In this document: one piece after another, positions 28,699-40,735 of the stretch
How positions within the stretch are numbered: position 1 is the first letter of the stretch
Layout: every line of letters starts with the position of its first letter
Assembly (NCBI GenBank): GCA_025786725.1
Contig: JAHLTZ010000054.1
Coordinates: forward strand, 36,839 to 100,838
Origin: Syncephalis fuscata S228
Lineage: Eukaryota > Fungi > Zoopagomycota
Reading direction: 5' to 3'
Length of the DNA stretch: 64,000 nt
Notes under the pieces: model-generated
The model's database searches: none
Seen by the model: the letters and a program-made list of their open reading frames with translations, nothing else
What the model was told of the DNA's origin: nothing
Position numbers and translations under genes: made by a program

Positions 28699-29978
28699 AT
28701 GCACTTTATTAAATCAACCTTTGCTATCAGCGTAGCTGTTGCTCTAGCTGCCGCATCTGTTGAGTTGGGTGTCCATGCTGCGCCTGAACAGCCGGCCAAC
28801 GTAGCAACCCAGACACTTACGCCTGATCAGCAACTCAATATCCAAAACTTGGCACTTGCTGCTCAACAGCCAGATGCCTTAAAGACCGACACTCTTACTG
28901 GTACACAAAAAGAAGCTACTATGGCACTCGATGCAACCGCTAAGCAGCAGCAAACCATTGTCACGCCTGGTACGCCAGCCACTTTAAATGGAACCGCCGA
29001 TGCACTTGATACAATTGCTAAGCAGCAGCAACAAGCTGGTACAACCAGCAAACTCACTGGCAACCGCAAATCAGTACCACGGCCAATACGCCAGCCACTC
29101 AAGCTGGAGCTGCTTCGGCTCTTGATACCATCGCCAAGGAACAGCAAGCCTCTGTGGGTAGTAAACAAGTCTCTGGTCTGCCATCAACGGTGACCAAGTC
29201 CGATGATACAGCCACTGAAGATGATGCTGCTATTGCTGCTGCTGCGGAATTCGATGATGTCACTAACCGTCAACAAGGTGCCATGTTTGGATCCCAAGTC
29301 CCTGCTCAGCCACAAGTTGCTGTCAAGGCCGACACATCAGCCGCCACTCAAGGCACAGCCGCTGTAACAGCCGATGCATCAGCCGCCACTCAAGAGGCAA
29401 CTGCTGTTAAGGCTGATACACCAGCTACTGAAGAGAAAAAGGCCGATGCACCAGCGGCTAATACTAAGCCAACAAAGGAACTTGATGCTGCAACCATTGC
29501 CTTGTTGAACGACAACGGTATCGTTAAGATCTACCCAAAGTTTGATCTTGCCCAGCCAGCAGGTACCCAGGAGATTATCAAGTCTCCACTTCCAGGCGAA
29601 GGCAAGGAAGATTCTCGTTATATATTCTATGGTGCCAACAAGGTTGTTCTTCGTCAATCGGACGTCTACCGCTCCTCTTTCCGTCACTACGTTGAAAAGG
29701 TTGTTGTTACCGATCCTGCCAGCGATGGCAAGAGTAACCAGACTGCTACGGCCAAGGTTGACACTAACCTTCACGGCAGTGTTAAGAAGATTGATGTAGT
29801 GCTATTCGATGGCAAGAAGGAAAAGATCCGCATTGACCGCTCCTTCTTCCTAGACCGTCTAGAGGAACTAAAGGTCGAGCGTCTGTGGTACAAGAAGAAT
29901 GTAACTAAAGTAGAGATTGACCACACTATTACAGGCAAAATCGATGACATCGAAATTGAGCACAAAGCAAAGCTCTAG
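28699..29978 (+). CDS. Intronless secreted protein, Ala/Thr/Gln-rich repeats plus charged beta-rich C-terminal domain; one apparent frameshift
   Basis: Signal peptide MHFIKSTFAISVAVALAAASVELGVHA; overlapping ORFs 28699-29193 and 29154-29978 share composition; repeats ALDATAKQQQ/ALDTIAKQQQ/ALDTIAKEQQ and ADTSAATQ/ADASAATQ. Confidence 0.75.
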
Positions 29979-31473
29979 ATGTTTTTCCTTGTTACATGAA
30001 ATATTAATAAATAGCAATTTTGATTTTTACGCCTATACAAAATACCAACAACTAATACATTTACATATAATTGGTGTCAAATGATTTTTATTTTTTACTA
30101 TACTTGCTATTATACTGAATATATGTTCTATAATAATGAGTAGTTTTGGGGATCAAATGACTTTTATTCTTAATGCATTTGTTCATTTACTATTAATCTG
30201 TTCTATGATGTACCAACATGTTGGGTAGATTGACTTTTATTATTCACACTCCGCTTGTTAATGAATTAAACTCATTTGTTTATAAATATTGACTGACAGG
30301 CTCACATCTCACAATCTACGTCATCACATTTCCCTTTCTCTTTCTTCACACTTGACAGCATATATCCATTGCATATACTTGTACACTCCATATATACCAT
30401 CTAAATAGTGTCAGTAGTTGACTGACTACTAGTTATGTACAAACACTATTTACACTATGTTCTTGCATTGCTTTTTTGTAATCTAACCTTTTTTTTACAA
30501 ATCATCACCATTACTCCGATCATTGCTTTTGACAACTTTATTGACACGGTAAGTGCATTCCTAGCTTATCTGTATGTTATTTTGAGCATATGCTGTGAAA
30601 TCTCGCTGTTTGCTTGTTTATGCTATGAATCATTATAGATCGCACTGTTGTATATGCACAAATGCCAGCACGATAAATGCGGCAACTATATGCTGCCAAA
30701 GCTGCTGTATGTTTTAATTTGCTATAGGTCGTGTTGGCAACAACATATACAATAGCAACACTAATAGATCGCATTGTATGATGCTGAGGACTGATTTAGT
30801 GACCATACCAAAGTGCAATCTACTATTATTTTTAAATTATTTGCAATGACGATCTATGGCAAAAGCAGAACATACAAGCTATATATTAGTATATATATTA
30901 ACACATATGCAATCATAGTAAGCAGTAAGTAATAGTAGATCGATAAATATTATGATTTACTATTATTATGGTATAAGTAATGGACAAATAAATGGTATTA
31001 GTAATAATGTTAGTCCATATTATTGTTGTTGTTATAAAGTGTATTCAAATTATTATATTTTGATAACTGATGTCACTACTCAGTTCCATATTTAATAAAA
31101 TATAGCTAGTTTTGGTTCCTTTTTTTTTGCGTTTTATAAGTTATTTAGCTTATTATGTTGAACTGTAATAATTAATTACTAATAAGGGATAAAAGTGTTA
31201 CTAAAATGATAGCAATCAACTAACACATTGTATTTTAAATGCCAAAGTGCTAATAAGTACAAAAAGCCAACGTTATAGACAAGAAGTTGCTTAGCCATTA
31301 AGTTGCAATTTATCTAACCATAATTATAATAACAGGTTAATAAAAAATAAATTTACAATATTTTAATTATAACAATTCAATGCAATTCAAAATATTTGCA
31401 AACTATTCATGCTTTTACATTATATTTGCTGTAACCACGTTTATTTGACAGTATAGCTTTACTAATTGAATGC

Positions 31474-33031
<1,558 letters not shown>

Positions 33032-33888
33032 GATAGAGTCGATAATAGCACAAGATGAGACGACAAATGTAAAAGGTAGGTATAAGATGTATACGCTTTG
33101 AATAAACGATGAAGGAGTATGAAAAGAGTAGTGTGGTGTATTTGTGCAATGGGTGACGCAAACCTCTCAACTTGCTCGATAATGATAACACTTGCATTAA
33201 TAATAGCAATAACAACATTAATTAATGATGATTTAAACACAACATTAAATAATATTGAGTATACTTTTACAAATGCTTTTATGTTAAATATTTTAAATAG
33301 TATTTCAATATTATTTACGCATATTATCAATAATAAAGTACTAATAATATTGATTTTATTATTAACACATTTAAATACACTTGACTTTTTGTTGGTATTT
33401 TTAGTTTTCAGTGGTATAAATTACTATAATCGTTGTATAAGCTTAAATCTAGTAATATATATTGTATTAAATCAGATAAACATTTAATTTAGTTTGCATT
33501 GCTTTTATTAAAATTTTAAATCTGCCATAATAGTATTATATAGAATAATAAACTGTTTAATATTTGATTATAAATAATTGTAAAATTATTGTTTAATGTA
33601 ATATATATATATATATATTATTACAAATTATAAAGCAATAGCTTGGATAGCTAGCAACGTAGTCAAATCAAATAACTAACAAGATATTACTCGAGACTGT
33701 TGATGTTCAGTGTAGTTGGCAATAAGTGTTGTATGATGAAATGTGTCGAGTGAGTGCGAATTGGGTGTGATAGTAATGGCAGTGCATCGCGTCGAATGGC
33801 ATGATTCCTCCTCTTCTGCCAACACCATTTCCGACTGGGCTATTGAACCCCATCTACCTTTACGGTTCGGAATCCATCACTAGTAGCA

Positions 33889-34898
33889 ATGGTATGTATT
33901 GGTTGGTAAAGTGCAATTGGGTATGGATGGATGGATGGATGGGTATATGAATGGATGAATAGACGTATAGAGTACGTGGACAGATATTGAACATAATAAT
34001 ACAGCGTATCATCAGATGGGTGGGTATATAGATAGACATTGCTATAATGGATTATATATATAGTCAGCATATATGTATGTAAGATGATGCTTCTATTTGC
34101 GAATAGACATGGATAGTTAGTTTATTACGCGAATGGATGTATAGACATACGGATGGATGGATGTACAGATTGATAGATTGATATACAAATTATAATGCTA
34201 TGTGCATGTGGAATGAGGCCATAGAAATCATTGAATTAGCAAAAGCATATACTAATTCAATGTCTATTGCGTATTATAGGCCGCCCAAAACGCCACCGCA
34301 CCAACCAACGCCATGAAGGAGCTTCGCATTGAGAAGCTCGTGCTCAACATCTGTGTGGGCGAGTCTGGTGATCGTTTGACTCGTGCAGCCAAGGTGTTGG
34401 AACAGCTTACTGGCCAGGCTCCAGTCTACTCCAAGGCTCGTTACACCGTGCGTACTTTCGGTATCCGTCGTAACGAAAAGATTGCCGTTCACTGCACTGT
34501 CCGCGGCCCAAAGGCTGAGGAGATTCTTGAGCGCGGTCTTAAGGTGAAGGAATACGAGTTGCGTCGTCGTAACTTCTCCGATACTGGTAACTTTGGCTTC
34601 GGTGTCCAGGAACACATCGATCTTGGCATCAAGTACGATCCATCCATCGGTATTTACGGTATGGACTTCTTTGTTGTCATGGGCCGTCCAGGCTTCCGTG
34701 TCAGCCGCCGCAAGCACCAGACCTCCCGCGTTGGTTTCTCCCACCGTGTCACCAAGGAGGAGACCACCAAATGGTTCAAGCAGCGCGTACGTATTATTAC
34801 AAAAAATTATATTGCATTGTGTAAACTAACTAATTGTTTTTGCCTATATTTCTTTATTTTTGCAACGCCAGTTCGATGGTATTGTTTTGAACAAATAA
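33889..34898 (+). CDS. RPL11: 60S ribosomal protein L11 (uL5)
   Basis: ATG-only first coding exon (33889-33891, GTATGT donor), intron to 34279, [32 protein letters not shown]..., last exon FDGIVLNK* (34872-34898). Confidence 0.97.
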
Positions 34899-36203
34899 AC
34901 GGGGAAACCCGTGGAAGACTCTCTGCGTCTTCTGAAAGTTTGAACGAGTCGTTCAATACACCTTTTTCACAATATCTTTGTAGTTTACTGTACTATTGTC
35001 AAATGTAGCACGCGGTAAATCCGTGACTGATTCATATATTTTACCATTGCAATTATATGATTCGGCAATGATTATGTGATGAGAGATACTGTCAAAAAAT
35101 TAACAATTAACTGTAGATTGTTAGCTACTCGTGAATGTGATTCTACAGGTAAAGTGATGGATGAAATATAAGACTATGTAAAGTTTAGATATTATAATTT
35201 TATCGATAGAAATAAGATATAATCACACAAATTTTTATTTACTCAAATTAATTTGATTAAGAATGGTATATTAAATTGCTACAACATATAAAAGCCATCT
35301 TTAAGGATCATTTAAATACAATGGCTAAATAGTGTTGATACTGATAAACATGGTCAGTTTTAACGATACAATGACATTGTACTGTTGTAATCTGGCATCA
35401 CGTACTATCGGCTGTAACTGCTGTCGTAGCAATGGCTGATACCAATATCCTTTGACGTTTCATCTAATAGTACTTTGATAGCTTGGAAATAGGATTAGTC
35501 GTTTATACGGGTAATTTGTCCGTTAGATTAAACGGCCATATTGAGCATCTTTCATAATAGATTGTTTCTCTTTTTCATTTATTGCTGAATAAACGTAAAG
35601 ATTGTTTTTCGTCTAAAAACTATTCGTGTTGATACCCCGAATTATTTGGAAAATGGCCAAAGTTCTTTAATCCTTTGATGTACGACATGCAGACGATAAA
35701 GCAAGATGTTGAATGTGGTACACTTTGTCAACTTGCCCTTTGTTTAAATCCATCATCTATTTTTATGACGTTGCACCACTTTTACTGAACCAATAAATGA
35801 ATGACTTTATGACTGCAATGCCAACATGAGATGATATTGTCACATCATATAGACACAAAGCTAAATATAGCCCAACAAAGACTGCTGCAAAGGGGTGCAC
35901 AGCATTTTAGTGGGACAGCTAGCTGCTTTAAGCATTGGATCCAGGATTAACAATGCTCAATGCATTTGAAACTAAGGCAAAGATGCACTCGGCTTTTGCG
36001 CATTGTCTAGTTGTCGTATGTGCAAGTCCCCCAACATAGAAAAGGCATGACATCAGTTCGCAATGCACACACATTAACATGCCATGTCTAGAGACTTAAA
36101 TAGAGACGGTTCATGCGATAAAAGTAATGCTGTATTGTTTTAACTCTTTGCTGCATAGCTTCACATTCTACACTCTTCTCGTTGCATTAGCATAACATTT
36201 AGC

Positions 36204-39200
36204 ATGAAAGCATCAACTTTTTCATCGCAGGACTCGCTATGGTCGCCGTTGCCAGTCTAGCCATAGTGGAGGCAACGCCGGTATTAGAACGTCGTGGTAT
36301 GTTGTATCTCTATAATAAATACAAAGTTAAACATTTACACTTTAACACTATCACCACAGATGATGCCAAAAAAACAGATGGTAATATAATTTAAATTAGC
36401 CACCAAAGTGCTAACCATGCTGCATTCCTCATTACTGTACTTGCTAAACTGCCATTGGTAGCTCGTAAGTCTTAATATGTCATAGTTGATGTAATGTGTA
36501 GTAGTATCGATTTTATTGCTAACAATATAATATAATGCTATCTCCTTATAAAATCAAAATATCAGCCAGTAAGTCAAACTACTGACTATTTAATGTGAAA
36601 CTAATTGAATGATATTTATTCACGTAATGTTCATCAAATTAATGCGAATAGAGAGTATGTCTTATATAGCATAGTATCCAGAGACACTAATTTTGTAAAA
36701 CTTACGTTTTTTGCTTATTGTTTTTAATAGAAAGTAAGTCTATAGTTGAAATATCGTTAAACAATGCTAATCTCGTATTATATTGTTTGCTTGGACCAAA
36801 TAATAAAAACAGAAGGTAGGCTGAAAGCTCAATAGTCAGCTACGATGCCATTTATAGCTCACATTGACAATGCGATGTTTGACGATTGTAAACAGAATGT
36901 TAGTTTTAGTCGTGAATACTTACTGCTAAATCATTAACTTTATAATACCTGCTGTCGTTGTATTTTACTAAATTTTCATCAATAGACAGTAGGTTGCTTA
37001 TTTTGTTTACACACTGCTGACTAACATGCTAATAAATTAATAGAGTGTAAGTTAGCTATTAAGCTGCATGCTTACAAAGCTAATTACGCAACATTTGTCC
37101 ACTATATCATGCTAAATCATTATCATAGGCTGTAAGTTGTAATGGTATCTGATTCCTATAAATGCTAACCTGTAATATTGCCATTATGCTATTGGATTGT
37201 CAATTATAATAGGGTGTAAGTTGAGGTATTGGACCAACAAATCATGAAGCTAATTGCAAAACTGTTGCTGGTAATTAATTTTATATTGTATTCTGTAGTC
37301 TGTAGGTTCTTATGCAAGAAATAATCCAATTTTATTGCTGCTAATTCTTTCATTGCCATCATGCTTGTTAAACTAAATAATTAGGGGGTCAGTTACATTA
37401 TTAACCATATAGATCGCAAAACTAATCCTGTTATTTGCTTTATTTGCTTTCTGATACTGACAGGACGTAAGTTTTTGTAACTAAATGTACTTTTGCATAT
37501 GTATAACGATATTGTAAACTACATCGACTATCTCAACCATTGAATTGAAATTAATAGATTGTAAGCTATTTATTGATTGTTATTATATCATGCTGATGCT
37601 ATTATATTGCCGAATCAAAATTAATAGGTTGTAAGTTATCGTATTAAACAAGCAATATGCTATACTAACACTCTTATACTCATTATCAACTAATGCAACT
37701 AGTCTGTAAGTTTTGAATCTAAACCACTGTTGGTATTAATAATATCTCGTGCTTTTTGAATAATTCATATAAATCTAAATAGGCCGTAAGTTTAGTTGCA
37801 TAGTTGAATTCATAATATTAATTACATATTATTTTACTATAATTGCCTCCACTACAATAATAGCTGGTATGTTATAATTAGCATTAATCGTTTTATAACC
37901 TAACTTTAATAATTCCGCATCACTCATTTGCTAAACGATTACTCTAGATTGTAAGTTGCTGTTACAAATGATAATTTATATAACTAATATTACACTTGTA
38001 ACAATAATAGGTCGTAAGTTATAACCCAGTAGTATTTTCATGCAATTAATTGTGCATTTTAAATAATATTACTTTTGATGATTCAATATCAATAGCGGGT
38101 AAGTTGCATTGTTATTTAAAACAATAGAGATTGCTAATTATATATATTTTATATTTTTATCCAATGGTAATAGATGGTAAGCTATAATATCAAATTAGCA
38201 ATAAAATTATAACTAATCTTATACAATTGTTTGTTGATAGGATGTAAGCTAAATAGCAAATATGGTCTAAAAAATACTAAATGCATTCATTAATGTTGCT
38301 CTCAACAAATTGATATAAACAGATCGTAAGTCACAAACAAAAACAATCTATACACTATACTAATCCTCTGCCATGTTTATGAATTCATATCAATAGAAAG
38401 TATGTAGAGCAGTCGGATAAGCAATTTGTAGCATTAACTATTTAATACATCTTTCTGTTAAACTCAATAATAATAGCTTGTAGGTTTTTATGCTAAGCAC
38501 TGAAGCAGTAATACTAACTTTATGGTTGTTGTTACTATCGGGTTTTATTAACCAAAATCAATAGTCGGTAAGTTTTGATATTGATTATCACTACGGTTGT
38601 TAATCTTTGACACTGTTTATATCATACTCAATCAACCACCACCAATAGATAGTAAGTGTTAGTTTTTAAATTGAGGATTTAGATTATTAACATAGTTTAC
38701 CTTTTAACTCATTGTCAATAGTCAGTAAGATACTAAACCTATTATTCAATTCAACCTATTAACTGTAGTATTGCCTAATGTTTTATCAATAATTTACAGA
38801 CAGTAAGTTTTAGTTTTAAGCAAGTCATTCAAACTCTAATCATTTGAAATCAAATGCTATCAAAACTTATGTATAATTAACAGAAAGTAGGTCATATTCA
38901 TAAAGCAATGGTGTAGTATATTAACTGCCTAATTGTCTTTAAATTACACTATCAATTTATATCCAGATGGTAAATCATATATTTGATAGTTATTTAAATG
39001 CTGACCACGTTATTTGCAAATATACTGTTTGAACTTAATCCAAACAGACAGTAAGTTGTTGCGCAAGAACATCAATTGAACCAAATGCTAAACAACAATT
39101 GTTTATTATTATATTATTAATTTAACATCAATAGTCTGTAAGTCAAAACCTTGAAGCTGTATTGGCGAACTAATTGCATAATAATACTCTATACTCGACA

Positions 39201-40161
39201 TTTTAATGCATCTAGGGGGTAAGTTGTAATTTTCTAAACAAGCTAGTGGCATGATTAATCCAAAATTATTTACCGACAAATTGATCCAAATAAGACCGTA
39301 AGTTAGACTTTGCGTGAATATCAAGTGCTAATTATATATACAATCACTTATAATTATTAAATTCATACAATAGCACGTAAGTTGATGCAGCCATTGCATA
39401 ATTTGATAAACTAACTATTCGATGTGCCATATTTGCTGTGTTTATATCAATAGGAGGTACGTTATAGACCAAGCCAATACTTTAGATATTAATCATATAA
39501 ACTACTGGGATTATTGGATTGTTTAAAATCAACAGGAAGTAAGTCGAGTGTTAAATGAATAAATATGTATATAAGCACTAATCATATATCTTTATACTAT
39601 GTTTGATACATCAACATTAACAGCTAGTAAGTCACAATATATAGTGGCAAGCCTGATCTCTTGCTTATATACTAAACACTTTATCGTATTAAATAATCTT
39701 TACAGAATGTAAGCCAAATTGCCAATTATATAACAAGTCAACAAAATAACGTTTTTTGGTATTATTTCTATTGAATTCAAAACAATAGCTGTAAGTTATG
39801 TTAATAATAGACAAAATGTAAAGCTAATTAATGTTTTTTGTCTACTAATAACCGATGCTAGGCGGTAAGCCATATTTAATTTAAATACTACACTATTAAT
39901 AATATGCCACCTATCGGCGCTATTGTATTGCCACCAACAGTCTGTAAGTGGTCAAGCAATATAATTAAATCAAATACTAACCGTCAGCTTAGCATCTAAC
40001 AGCTCGAAATCGACATAAGGTAAGCTAAAGTTATAAAAACTTGTATCCATTTAATACTGGTTTTAACCAATATCCTGCGACTAATAATAGAAAAGAAAGA
40101 CGAGAATAAGGCACAAGGCACTGCTCAGACTCTGGCATACTTTAAATGTCCAGACAGCTGA
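36204..40161 (+). CDS. Secreted Cys/Trp-rich peptide gene built from at least 43 three-nucleotide micro-exons
   Basis: Exon 1 36204(or 36239)-36296 encodes signal+pro (MKASTFFIAGLA)MVAVASLAIVEATPVLERR; the 36204 start needs one extra T in a T5 run. Exon 2 36360-36380 encodes DDAKKTD. Then AG|NNN|GT units from 36462 to 39943 and a terminal exon from 40091. Phase-1 joining is stop-free for 41 codons. The 3' end is ambiguous. Confidence 0.85.
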
Positions 40162-40569
40162 CAGCAAGCTTTTCGATTACAAGTCGTTTAGTGGATTCAC
40201 CATTAAAGATTATAGCTTGTGGTGCCGCTATATAGTTTACACTTTATTTCATTGAAATAAATATAATTTATAGCAAAGTTGATTCATTTTTAATCATTCA
40301 TGTGTGCTTGTTATAAAATCCGTAATCCAGTTATATTCTAGTAATATGTAGATATAAGAGTTTGTTGTTTACCGTTGTACTGTTAATAGCAATTATTTTA
40401 CTGTTAATTTATTTATAATTTATGATTATAATGACTATTCATAAGTATACATTATAAATATTTAAATAAACAATATATTAATATTAGTAAGCGATTGAAG
40501 AGTATGAGTGGCATTATCCCATTGTGCTGTGTCTCAATAATTAAAATCAATAAAATATGTCTAGTATAT

Positions 40570-40735
40570 TATAGAATGCTATATAGTAGTGTGGAATAGA
40601 ATGGAAATAATATAGGTAAATGATGGATATATACATACTAGATAATAAATCTACAATGATGAGTATTTGATGATTGATGTCATTCGCCACCCATCATCAT
40701 GTTCAATAAATTGAATATTATTTAAAATAGTTATT
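40570..40735 (+). repeat. Copy of a dispersed AT-rich non-coding repeat family (MITE/foldback-like)
   Basis: ...aatggaaataatataggtaaat...gagtatttgatga(t/c)tgatgtca(t/c)tc(g/a)ccacccatcatcatgttcaata... shared with 49370-49545 and in reverse complement with 10640-10800. Confidence 0.75.

Noticed and set aside
33892-34279. Possible snoRNA in the long RPL11 intron (and in the STM1 5'UTR intron)
   Set aside because: Sequence is mainly GATG/ATAG simple repeats; no convincing paired C/D or H/ACA boxes
34274-34744. 156-aa antisense ORF over RPL11, and similar antisense ORFs over other genes and pol
   Set aside because: Shadow ORFs caused by codon bias on the coding strand
39109-39324. 71-aa minus-strand ORF inside the micro-exon array
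   Set aside because: Chance antisense ORF over AT-rich intron sequence; no motif
36462-39708. Phase-0 reading of the triplets (LPRKKNTSAGSGDIVSALIVRMDIK...), also stop-free
   Set aside because: Exons 1 and 2 both end one base into a codon, fixing phase 1; the literal frame from ATG 36204 stops at TAG 36258-36260.
36462-39943. CRISPR-like or satellite interpretation of the ~81-nt periodic array
   Set aside because: The only conserved parts are spliceosomal signals (GTAAGT, CTAA, YAG). There is no fixed repeat, no cas genes, the context is eukaryotic, and the intervening triplets form an ORF continuous with a signal-peptide exon.
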